DNA from: Squalus acanthias
Lineage: Eukaryota
Assembly: GCA_030390025.1 (NCBI GenBank)
Contig: CM059432.1
Location: 80,540,001 to 80,604,000 of the forward strand
Reading direction: 5' to 3'
DNA length: 64,000 nucleotides
Below the pieces are notes generated by a model that searched no databases, had not been told where the DNA came from, and saw only the letters and a program-made list of their open reading frames with translations. Position 1 is the stretch's first letter; every line of letters begins with the position of its first letter. The position numbers and the translations under genes are program-made. This document shows positions 26,214-37,358 of the stretch, piece after piece.

Positions 26214-26835
26214 TTTTTTTTTATATTCGTTTATGGGATGTGGGCGTCGCTGGCAAGGCCAGCATTTATTGCTCATCCCTAATTGCCCTCGAGAAGGTGG
26301 TGGTGAGACGCCTTCTTGAACTACTGCAGTCCGTGAGGTGAAGGTACTCCCACAGTGCTGTTAGGGAGGGAGTTCCAGGATTTTGACCCAGCGACGATGA
26401 AGGATTGGCAATATACTTCTAAGTCCGGATGGTGTGTGACTTGGAGGAGAACTTGGAGGTGGTGGTGTTCCCATGCGCCTGCTGCCCTTGTCCTTCTAGG
26501 TGGAAGAGGTCGCGGGTTTGGGAGGTGCTGCCGAAGAAGCCTTGGTGAGTTGCTGCAGTGCATCTTGTAGATGGTACACACTGCAGCTACGGTACGCCAG
26601 TGGTGGAGGGAGTGAATGTTTAATGTGGTAGATGGGGTGCCAATCAAGCGGGCTGCTTTGTCCTGGATGGTGTCGAGCTTCTTGAGTGTTGTTGGAGCTG
26701 CACTCACCCAGGCAAGTGGAGAGTATTCCATCACACTCCTTACTTGTGCCTTGTAGATGGTGGAAAGGCTTTGGGGAGTCAGGAGGTGAGACACTCGCCG
26801 CAGAATACCCAGCCTCTGACCTGCTCTTGTTGTAG
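26214..26835 (-). mobile_element. CR1-group (Zenon-like) LINE 3' end, frame intact
   Basis: ORF 26321..26848: RAGQRLGILRRVSHLL..YKAQVRSVMEYSPLAW..LDTIQDKAARLIG. T-run tail at the left end. Confidence 0.9.
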
Positions 26836-26924
26836 TGTAGCGAAACAAAATACAGTATTGGCCTGCTCCTACCTTTGATAATTTTTGGGATCTCTGTTAT
26901 TACCCTTTCAGTTTTCCAGTGAAG

Positions 26925-27440
26925 CAGCAACAACTTGCATTTGTAAAGTGCCTTTAATGTCAAAAAATGTCCCAAAATGCTACACAGAGGCATGAGGACA
27001 ACTTACTCAGAGCCAAAGATGGGGTGATTAGGAGCATTTTAAAGGAGGAGAGGGAGGAAGGGGAAATCGTAGGGTTTAAGTAGGGAATTCTGGAGAGTGG
27101 AACCTCGGCAACAAAAGCCATGGCTGCCAATGGTGGGATAAAGGATGGGATTCCAAGGAATTTGGAGTTAGAGGAATGGAGAGTTCTGGTGGGGACGGGG
27201 GGCGGCAGGGAAGTTATAGGGTTGGAGGAGGTTACAGAGATAGGGAAATCATGGAGCCATTTAAGCACAAGAACAAAAATGTTGCATTTGTGAGACCAGG
27301 AGTAAATGTAGGTTAATGAAGATAGGGTGATGGGTGAGAAAGACTAAGTGCAGAGCTGAGCTAGAGGTTATGGAGGCTGGAGGATGGGTGTCCAACATCG
27401 ATACTGTGGGAGTAATCTAGTCTGGAGGTGTGATAGGCCT
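26925..27440 (-). mobile_element. L2 LINE 3' end
   Basis: (caa)n-cttgcattt tail and a minus-strand L2 C-terminal peptide (SSFKMLL). Confidence 0.75.
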
Positions 27441-27564
27441 ATCTGAGGGTTTCAGTGACAGATTCAAAGTGCTAAGACATCACTGAATACATCCAGTGAA
27501 GGCCCTCGAAATTATATTTCAGTCTTCTATTGAGAGTGGATGCGTGTCAGAGTACTTGTCAGTG

Positions 27565-29682
27565 TTTTCAGAAAGGGAGACCGAGCTAGCCCAGGTAATT
27601 ATAGGCCAGTTAGTTCAATATTCTGTGGTAGGGAACATTTTGGAATACTTAATTAAAGAAGCAAATTACTAAATATCTAGAAGAAGAGAAAATAATTAGG
27701 AGCAGCCAACATGGATTGCAGAAAGGTAGATCATACTGAACAAACCTCGAGAGTTCTTTGAGGAGGCTCCATCACCAAGACTGCCTATTTCCACCTCCGT
27801 AACATCACCCGACACCGCTCCTGCCACAGCTCATCGACTGCTGAAACCCTCATCCATGGCTTTGTTACCTCCAGACTTGACTATTCCAATGCTCTCCTGG
27901 GTGGCCTCCCATCTTGCACTCTACATAAACTTGAGCTCATCCAAAACTCTGCTGCCTGTATCCTAACTCACACTAAGTCCCGTTCACCCATCGCCCCTGT
28001 GCTCGCTGATCTACATTGGCTTCCGGTCTTGCAACGCTTCGATTTAAAAATTCTCATCCTTGTTTTCAAATCCCTCCATGGTCTTGCCGCTCCCTATGTC
28101 TGTAACCTCCTCCAGCCCTACAACCCTCCAAGATCTCTGTGCTCCTCCAATTCTGGTCTCTTGCACGTCCCTGATTTTAATCATTTCACCATTGACGGCC
28201 GTGCCTTCAGCTGCCTAGGCCCTAAGCTCTGGAATTCTCTCCCTAAACCTCTTCACCTCTCTACCTGTCACTCCTCCTTTAAGATGCTCCTTAAAACCTA
28301 CCTCTTTGACCATCTGTCCTAATAACTCCTTATGTAGCTTGGTTTCAAATTTTGTTTGATAACACTCCTGTGAAGCGCCTTGAGACGTTTTACTACATTA
28401 AAGGCATTATATAAATGCAAGTTCTTGGTGACAGATATGATGGATGGGGGAATTGCAATGGTTCATAAGACTTTAAAAGCTGCACTTCAAATGGATAAAA
28501 ATAAACTAATGCAATACTGGATTTTATGCCAAGAAGTATAGAATATGGACTTAAAGAACTGCTTTGAAAATGTACCACACAGGAGACTATTGGAGAAGAT
28601 TAAGGGGTATAGAATTGTGTGCAGTGGGGGGGAAGCAAATTGGATTAAAAATGAGTTAGAATTGAAGAAGCAATAGAAGTTGAGGGCAATTCCTCAGAGT
28701 GTTTGGAAGTGGGTAGATGTGTCCAACATGGTTCTTTTCTGGGACTGCTTCTGTTCACTGCCTACATCAATGATTTAGATATAGTGCTAGAGGGAGTGGT
28801 GTTCAAACTTGCAGAGATACTAAAACAGGAGGCATAGTAAATAATGATGAGGAGCAAAGGAAATAGAAAGGGATATTGCTAAGTTAGTATGAGCTAAAAA
28901 GTGGCAGATGTAAATCAATGTCAGTGAATGTGAGGTGGTATATTTTGGTAAAAAAATAAAAGTAATGATTTTACTTTGGATGGGGGGGGCGGTAGGTGAA
29001 GTGGGAGAGCAGAGGGATTTGGGGGTTCAGGATCATAAAACGTTAAAAGCTGACCTTAAATGGATGAAAAAGCTAATACAATACTGGGTTTTATGCCAAG
29101 AGTATAGAATATAAAAGCTGAGATGTAATGGTGAACTGATATAAAACCTTAGTAAAAACACTTTTGAAATACTGTGCACAGTTTCGGGCTGCATGCTATT
29201 GGAAGGATATTGAGGGAGGGCTCATCGCAGATTCACTATAATGCTGCCTAGTATAAGAATATGAAGAAAGACTTGAAATATTTGGGCTATATTTGTTGGA
29301 ATTGAGGAGATCAAGAGGTCATTTGATAGAGATTTTAAAATGATGATGGGTTGGGACAGGGTAGATAGAAACGGACTGTTCCAATGATCGAGGAGATATA
29401 GATATAAGATTAAATGTTAGAGATTTATAATAGAGAGCAGGAGAAACATTTTTTACACAGAGGGTTGTGAGGCAGTGGAATGCACTACTATAGTTAGTGA
29501 TTAAATCATGTCAACGTTTGAGTATAGGTTGGACAGGTGATTGAAGGAAAGGGGAAAAAGGGATATGAGAACAGGATGGGCACATGGGATTAAGACTACT
29601 GCATGTGTGGAGGAAAAATCCCAACACAGACTGATTGGGCCAAAGGGCCTGTTTACATGTTCCAATTTCGATGTCATTCTAT
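27565..29682 (+). mobile_element. Old CR1 LINE fragment interrupted by an L2 insertion
   Basis: Decayed NYRPVS, SQHG, FFEE, YINDL, YCAQF and FTQRVV motifs, plus a 3' tail near 29630-29682. Confidence 0.8.
27769..28425 (+). mobile_element. L2 LINE 3' end nested in the CR1
   Basis: HGFVTSRLDYSNALL, LHWLPV, GRAFSCLGPKLWNSLP, FKMLLKTYLF, and the tail ataaatgcaagtt. Confidence 0.9.
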
Positions 29683-30472
29683 GGATTGCCTGAGGTAGTG
29701 GTAGAGGCAGGCAGTGTTATGGAGGTGGAAATAGCTGTTGTTTTTGATGAATTGGAAGCACAGAGTTGAACAGGATGCCGAGGTTACCAACAGTATGGTT
29801 CAACATGAGACAGTGGCCAAGAAGGGGGATGGAGTGAGTGGTAACCTTACAGAATTTGTGGCGGGGGCTGAAGATGATGGCATTGGTCTTTCCAATATTT
29901 AGCTAGAGGAAGCTGATAAACAAATTGACAGTAACAGGGATTCACTGACACATGGGGCTCGATTTTGCCAGGCCCGAGGAGGCGGGATTGGAGGCGTGTG
30001 AGTTGTTAAAATCGCCAAAAATGGTGGGCAGGCCCCAGCCCGCCTCCGAGCAATTTTCCCACATGCGTGTTTTCTGACCCCATTTCCATCCCGCCTCCAA
30101 GAGGCGGGATAGGCCCTTAAGGCCCTTAACAACCACTTAATTGCCTCTATTATCCAATTTTGAGAGGCCTTTCTGATTTTAACACTTTTCCCACGTCCTG
30201 CACGTCTCCTCTGGAACACGCCAATGAATCCTGGCGGCATCACAAGTGGACTGCTTACTAACAGCTGCAGCTCCACCATTAAAAAGGAGTTTTCAGCAAT
30301 CATCATTTGCAGGTGGCAGAACTTTGTTGTCTCAGGTCTGGGGGAACTTTTAGCAGGCCTACTCATTGTTGTGGAAGTTTGGAGCCTGAGATCCATCTCC
30401 AGTGTGACCTCCTGGGAAACCCCTCTCCCCACCTTGAATGAGCGCTTCCTCAACTGAGGTATATACCGAAGA

Positions 30473-31708
30473 ATGGGAACTATTTATTTCCTTTCCTCCT
30501 GGATATCAGATTCGGATGAAGACCAGCCGCGGCAGCAGCAGAACCCTGAACAACAGCAGGAGCAACAGCAAGAGCTCCAAGCTGCTGCTCACCCACCTGA
30601 AGCTGCACAGGCCAGAAGGCGCCAGCGCATGGAAGCACGTCGGCGCAGGAGATACCCCCAAAACAGGGTCTACAGACAGAGGATCAGCTACCTCAACATG
30701 ACTGAGCAGCAGTGCCAAAGGAGGCTCCGACTTTCGCGAGAGGTAGTGGGTGACATCTGCGCAATGCTGGAGCAAGAGCTGGAGCCCAGAGGAGCAGGTG
30801 GACACCCCTTACCAGTGGCCGTCAAAGTCACCACCGCACTCAACTTTTTTGCTTCAGGCTCATTCCAGGGATCAGCAGCAGACATCAGCGGTGTCTCCCA
30901 GGCGGCCGCACACACTTGCATCATGCAGGTAACCGATGCCCTCTTTGCCATCGCGCACAATTACATCAACTTCTCCAAGGATCAAGCCAGTGTAACTGCG
31001 CGTGCGGTTGGGTTTGACAATCTGGCAGGCTTTCCAAGGGTGCAGGGCGTCATTGACTGCACACATGTGGCCCTTAAGGCACCCCATCACAATCCAGGTA
31101 TTTTTGTCAACCGCAAGGGCTTCCACTCCCTTAACGTGCAGCTGGTGTGTGACCACAAGAAGGAAATTTTGCATGTTTGCGCCAAGTACCCTGGCAGTTG
31201 CCGTGACTTCTTCATCCTGCGCCAGTCTAGTGTGCCTCCGCTCTTCAGTCCGCCAGACCAACTTTTCGGATGGCTACTTGGAGACAAGGGCTATCCCCTG
31301 AAGACGTGGCTAATGACGCCATTGAGGAGCCCATCCAACGAAGCTGAGGAGCGCTACAACTCCAGCCACATTTCGACCAGATCCATAATCGAATAAACCA
31401 TCGGCTTGCTGAAGATGCGCTTCAGATGCCTTGATAGATCAGGTGGAGCCCTGCAGTACTCAGCAGCCAGGGTCTCCAGAATGGTCGTGGTCTGCTGTGC
31501 ACTTCACAACATGGCACAGCATCGTGGCTTGCAGATGCCTGAGGAACAAATGGCTCATCACATAGCCTCCTCAGATGAGGAGGAGGAGGAGGAGGAGGAG
31601 AGCGACAACGAACAGCTTGCAGAGGCGCATCAACCAGCGGCAGCAGCACGCAAGCACATTGCTGGCTGGGATGCAAGGGACGCACTCATTTTGGCCAGAT
31701 TTGTTTAG
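30473..31708 (+). pseudogene. Harbinger (HARBI1-like, DDE_Tnp_4) transposase, intronless, 411 codons with one in-frame stop
   Basis: ORFs 30473..31396 and 31406..31708 share a frame. Motifs [46 protein letters not shown] and CCALHN. TAA at 31394-31396 where the sister copy has CAA. Confidence 0.93.
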
Positions 31709-31966
31709 CCGAGCCAATCAAGCACTTTTGCCTCGCAGCCTCTTACCAGAGCATCGACAATGGCCATGAACCTGCGGATTCCTATCACTCTGACCACCAT
31801 ACTGACAATTGCAAGTCACCCTAAGCCCTCAATGTGGAAGTCCCATTTGCGAAATGACACACGCCACAACTGCAACAGTTTGCCATCAGAATTTTTTATG
31901 ACAATAAGCACCTGATGGCTTTTCAAAATTAAACACAACATTACACCCAAGTGACTACCCTTGTGA

Positions 31967-33906
31967 CTACTTGTGCATTATCTTCCTCTTACGCGTGCTC
32001 CTACGTGGTGCTTCCCCTGTGGCTTCAGCAGATGTGGAGGCCCCTTGCTCACTCTTTTGCTGCTCCTGCTTTGACACCTTTGGCGGGCGTCCTCTGAGTT
32101 TGCGAGCCTGTGAGGGCTCAGCAACAGTCTGCTGCTCCTGCGGCTGTGCAGGGGTTGAGACGCTGATCTCAGTTGGGTGTGGACTCTGGTGGGGCTCTGA
32201 CCAAGGGCTCTGCAGTGGCATGGTCGTGTGAACGTTTGGAGAGGAGCCCCCACTTCCTTGTTGTCTGCCACCAACATCCCTCTCATGGGTCAGCCCCACT
32301 TCAGAGCTATCAAGTGGCTGGACAGCACCTTGCTGCACTGCAGGGGGGCCATGAGGACCCGTTTCTGCACTGGAGGTCCGACTCCAGAGGACTTCCATGA
32401 AGGTCTGGTTTCTATGCTCAATAGCTGACCATCGCTCCTCAAGAGATGCCAGTCTATTCTGAACAATGACCATGTTTTCTGCACTCTGGCGACTTAGCTC
32501 CTCCATGGCCGTAGCCATCCTCTCCTCTACTGTAGTCATCCTTCACAGAGGTTGCCATCCTTTCCGTGGTGATGCGTTCATGCGCCAATGCCTCCACAAT
32601 GGCTCTGCTCATGTTCGCGCTGGACTCCTCCATTCGCTCGACACTCGCAGCGACCCTGGAGACAAAACCTGCCAGAGACTCCTGCACCTGTTCCTGGAGT
32701 TCCAGCACCGCTCTCCTTCTGGATGGACCCGGAGGCACAGGGTCGACATGCAGCTGAGCCGAGCTGGCAGAGTCCTGCGCCCTCCGACGAGGACTCTCCA
32801 CTGCTGTCCCTGTCTCCACCATCTGCTGATGCTCACTTGTGAGCTGTGATACACCAGGTGACAACTCTACTCTATGTCCCGAAGGTCTCACCGAGGTGTG
32901 AGTGTCTGCGCTGGTGATGTGTGCACTTAATTCTGGTGACGGAGCGCCCTCAGAGGTTGCAGCTTCCTCTGAGGAGTCTGGAAGCTCAGGCTCTTCCTCA
33001 TGGACAGTGGGGACGGGGGCTCTCGATGGTCCTGTGGGGGAGTAAAGGAAAGAGTTAGAGATGTGAGGTCAAGGTTACATGCACATTGAATAGTGCAGAT
33101 GATCATAAGTCAATGTGTTAGAGCATCAGATTCATTATCAGTGACTCATGCAATGTCAATGAGAGAGATGCCAAACTATTCTGTCACCAGCATGCTGTGA
33201 TGCGCCTGCCTGTCCGTCCCCCACTTGGGAATTCTCCTCGATCCCGGTGATTTCTAGGGCCGCCTCCTCCGAGATGGTGAGCTGGGCTACTGAGGGTGGC
33301 CCTCCTCCTGTCCTCGCTCTTTCCCTCTTATTGTGGGCTCTCTTTTCCTGCAATGAGGGACAGAAGTGGAGTTTGAGTGAGATGAAGGAGTAAGTGAAGA
33401 GAATCCATAGTATAGATGCTTAGAAGAATACCAAGGGCCCTCCCTGTGTATTGTAAGTTGTTGTTGTCATTGCATCACAGTGATAGAGTGTGAGGGCTAC
33501 ATGGTCGAATAGTTAAGTGAATGTGACCTTCGAGAGAGAGGGAATGGGTAAGGGTGCAGGGATGTCAGTGTCAAGTGGGATGTGGAGGAAGAGGTTGGCA
33601 AAGCAGAGTGCTGGTGAAGAGAGGCGATGGGGATGAGATTGAGGGTGATGAGAAAGTCATACTCACTTTTCCTGTGCGGAGAAGGTCATGAAACCTCTTC
33701 CTGCACTGTAGCCAGGTTCTGCAGAACATAGAGATGGCATTGACCTCCCGGGCCACTTGCAGCCACACAGTTTTAGTTTATTGTGGTGGCTTTTTTCTCC
33801 CTGAGGAAGGGAAGCGCACCTCCTTATTGGTTCTTGCTCCCTCCACCAGAGCTTGGAGGGAGGGCTCAGCAAATCGTGGAGCACATTTTTCCCTGCTGGT
33901 GGACAT
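31967..33906 (-). pseudogene. Harbinger Myb/SANT-like (trihelix) DNA-binding protein gene, 3 exons: 33906-33667, 33347-33188, 33031-31967
   Basis: PRFAEPSLQALVE..W..V..RTWLQCRKRFHDL, EKRAHNKRERARTGGG, a coiled-coil segment, RGRPPK and RRSTRKRK. GT/AG sites match the sister copy. One stop in exon 1 and a frameshift near 32540. Confidence 0.88.
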
Positions 33907-34560
33907 ATTCGTACAATAAATTCCTCAGTACAATCAGCATAAAGATTGCAGTCTCCAGAAGATGCAAGGCTGCTTGCAGGCCTTAAAAGCAGCAGCACTG
34001 ATGACATCATCGGAGGCGACTTTCTGGATGGAAAGACTAATTGGGCCAGGGGTTCCCACACGCTGGAACTCAAGTGCCCAATTAGAGGAAAATCACACTT
34101 TTTTCCCACATCACATCGGAGTCGGGGTCCTGACAGGGAAACCACCTGACACGCTCCAGCCCGCCCACACTGGCAAAATCCAGCCCATGATGTAAGTTTC
34201 CTTCAAAAAACATTTAAGATGAACCCATTTGAAATAAATTACAAAATAAATTAGCTCTGAAGTTTATAGAGACTTTGGGGGCGATTTTCCCATTGGAGGC
34301 AGGTTGGAGGTGGGTTTCGGTTTGGGTGGGTTCCAAACCCGCCTCCACTGTCAGGTGGGAAAAATTTGCGATTTTCCCCTGATTGGCCAGCTGATTTCAG
34401 AGGTGTGGGTTCCCCTGGGCCAATTAGTGTTTTGGGACTGAAACTCGCCTCTGCTGATGTCACTTGTCCAGCTTCATTTAAGGGCTGCTTGCTGCCTTGG
34501 CTGATTCCACTGGTTTTTGGTCGATGCTGCACCACTTCCAAACTTTCATCACAGAGAAGA

Positions 34561-36513
34561 ATGGCCAGCTCCAAGGCAAGGGCCTCCCCGAAGTTCTCAG
34601 ATGAGGCGCTGGGTATCCTGGTTGAGGGGGTGAGAGCTAGCAGGGAGGTGCTCTTCCCATCATCTGGGAGGAAGAGGCCTCCCGAAGAAACCAAGGCTGT
34701 GTGGGTCCAGCTGGCAAGGGATATAACCTCCAGATCAGTGTGCAGCAGAACATGGCTGCAGTGCTGTAAAAGGTTCAATGACCTTGTAAGATCAGGCAAA
34801 GTGAGTGTACCTTCAGCTTGACCCTCATGCTCCCCTTCTCCTCTCATCACCAGCACTCTGCATTTTCAACCTCCTCCTACACATCCCACTTTATCCTAAC
34901 AACCCTTGCACCCTTCACCATCCCTCTCACTCTATGAACCCAATCACTTCACTATTCGACTATGCTGCCCTCACACTCCCTTTCAATGTTATGCAATGAC
35001 AACGACTAACAACGCACAGGGAGGGCCCTTAGACATGGAACCTCATTCCATCTTTGTCTCCTTCTAAGCATCTATACTCTGGACTCTCTACACTCACTCC
35101 ATCATTCTCACTCCAACTCCACTTGTCTCCCTCACTGCAGGAAAAGAGAGCCCACAATAGAAGTGAAAGGGCAAAGACAGGAGGAGGGCCACCTTCCATA
35201 GCCCTTCTCACCCAGGCTGAAGAGGCGGCCCTGGACGTCGCCAGCGCAGAGGTGGAGGTGGAAGTTGGGGACGGACAGACGGGCGATGCAGACCAAGCTG
35301 GTGACAGAATAGTTTTGCGTCTCTCTCATTTACACTGCTTGAGTGACTGAAATGGCTGCTGGTGTACATTATTAGAATGCCACTTGAGCATCTGCACTAT
35401 TGCATGTGTATGCCACACTTCTGTGAAATATCTAACCCATACCTTTACTCCCCCACAGGACCATCCACAGAGCACCCCCCCCCCCCACTGTCGACGAGGA
35501 AGAGGCTGAGCCGCAAGACTCCTCAGGGGAACCTGCAACCTCTGAGGACGCAGCGTCAGCAGATGTAAGCGCACCCAGCACCAGCGCAGATACGCACACC
35601 TCTGTGGGACCTTCGGACATAGAGTAGTGTTGTCACCGTGTGTATCACAGCTCACAGGTGAGCAGCAGCAGGTGGTGGAGACAGGGACAGTAGTGGAGAG
35701 TCCTCGTCGGAGGTCGCAGGACTCTCCTAGCTCTGCTCCGCTGCATGTGGACCCTGTGCCTCTGGGTCCATCCAGAAGGAGAGCAGTGCTGGAACTCCAG
35801 GAGCAAATGCAGGAGTCTCTGACAGGTCTTGTCTCCAGGGTCACTGCGAGTGCAGAGAGGATGGAGGAGTCCAACTCTAACATGAGCAGTGCCTTTGTGG
35901 AGGCAATGGCGCATGAACGCACCACCACGGAAAGGATGGCAACCTCCGTGGAATGGATGGCTACCTCCATGGTAACGATGGCTACCTCTCTGGAAAGGGT
36001 GTCTACCTCTCTGGAAAGGGTGTCTATGGTAGAGGAGAGGATGGCTATGGCCATGGAGGACCTAAGTCGCCAGAGTCTGGAAAACATGGTGAATGTTCAG
36101 AATAGACTGACATCTCTGGAGGAGCGATGAGCAGCTATTGAGCAGAGAAACGTTTTGAGTAGGACTGCCAGTGCAGATACGGGTCCCCATGGCCCCCCTG
36201 ATGTGCAGCAAGGTGCTCTCAAGCCACTTGCAAGCACTGAGGTTGACCTGACCCATGAGAGGGAAGTTGGTGGCAGACAACAAGGAAGTGGGGGCTCCTC
36301 TCCAAGCGCTCATACTTCCATGCCACTGCGTAGCCCTCGGTCAGAGCCCCGCCAGAGTCTGCACCCAACTGAGATGGGCGTCTCGGCCCCTGCACTGCCG
36401 CAGAATAAGCAGACGTTTGGCGAGCCCTCACAGGCTCAGAACCCAGAGGACGCCCGCCAAAGGTGTCGAAGCAGGAGCAGCATGAAAGTGAGCAAGGGGC
36501 CTCCACTTCTGCT
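34561..36513 (+). pseudogene. Harbinger Myb/SANT-like gene: exon 1 34561-34800, exon 2 35141-35300, exon 3 from 35459 (end approximate, coding remnants to about 36570)
   Basis: Exons 1 (240 nt) and 2 (160 nt) are open and equal in length to those of element 1. Exon 3 has a frameshift in the C-run near 35475 and TGA at 36128-36130. Confidence 0.85.
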
Positions 36514-36818
36514 GAAGCCACACGGGGAGCACCACGTAGGAGCACGCGTAAGAGAAAAATAAATCACCATTAGTCACAGGGGTAGGCACTTGGGTGAGTG
36601 TTTCTGTTTATTGATGAAATGCCATCCCTGTGTGAATGTATTAAAATGAGATGATGGCAAACTGTTGGCGTGATGGCATCTGTTATTTTGGCTTAGGCAG
36701 CTCCACATTGCGGGCTCCGCGACACTTGCTTGGTCAGAGTGAAAGGAGGCCAGTGGGTCATGTCCATTGTCTATCATGTGTTAAGAAGGAGCCAAGCATA
36801 TGTGCCACAATGGGCAAC

Positions 36819-37131
36819 CTATGCAAATCTGGCCAGGATGAGTGCATCCCTTGCATCACGGGCAGCCATGTACTCGTGTGCTGCTGCTGCTGCTGCTGGA
36901 TGTGCCGCCGCTCGGTACTCATCCTCCTCATCCTCATCTGAGGAGGCTATGTACTGAGCCACTTGCTCAGCAGGAAGCTGCAAGCCACGATGCTGTATCA
37001 TGTTGTGCAGTGCACAGCAGACCACGACCATTCTGGAGACCCTGGCTGCTGAATACTGCAGGGCTCCACCTGATCTGTCAAGGCATCGGAATCGCATCTT
37101 CAGCAAGCCAATGGTTTGTTCGATGATGGAC
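36819..37131 (-). pseudogene. C-terminal fragment of Harbinger transposase (SIIEQTIGLLKMRFRCLDRSGGALQY...ALILARFA)
   Basis: Close match to 31381-31708. Preceded by a branch point, pyrimidine tract and ttgcag instead of upstream coding sequence. Confidence 0.9.
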
Positions 37132-37358
37132 CTGCAAGAGAGAGGGAAGTGTGTCAGTGAGTGTGGTACGATGTGTTTGGGTGATGTGCCTGTCATGGTT
37201 GAATAGCTGGCAGTGTGTGCAAGGTGTGAGATGTGGGAGTGAGGCTTGCAGCAGTGGTAAGTGTGTGAGGGTGAGGTGATGCTATGAATGTTAGGTTTGA
37301 GTTGTGATTGCTGGAGATTGTTGGTAGGTGTTTGCCGCTGACTGCAAATTACGGGCCA

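Larger units (their letters stand above)
29955..34186. mobile_element. Full-length two-gene PIF/Harbinger DNA transposon (element 1)
   Basis: 17-bp TIRs gggctcgattttgccag / ctggcaaaatccagccc (1 mismatch). ATG 3-bp TSD (29952-29954 and 34187-34189). Convergent transposase and Myb/SANT genes. Confidence 0.95.
34277..37358. mobile_element. Second Harbinger element (element 2), sister subfamily, inverted relative to element 1, transposase 5'-truncated
   Basis: Left TIR ggggcgattttccc. Myb gene on + and transposase C-terminus on -. The right boundary is uncertain (aaattacgggcca). Confidence 0.85.

Noticed and set aside
30473..31708. Domesticated HARBI1 host gene, with NAIF1/MSANTD for the Myb ORFs
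   Set aside because: The ORFs sit between TIRs with a TSD, carry nonsense and frameshift lesions, and have sister copies nearby. They are transposon genes.
29955..37358. Recent perfect inverted duplication or assembly artefact
   Set aside because: The two arms differ at many nucleotide and amino-acid positions and have different lesions.
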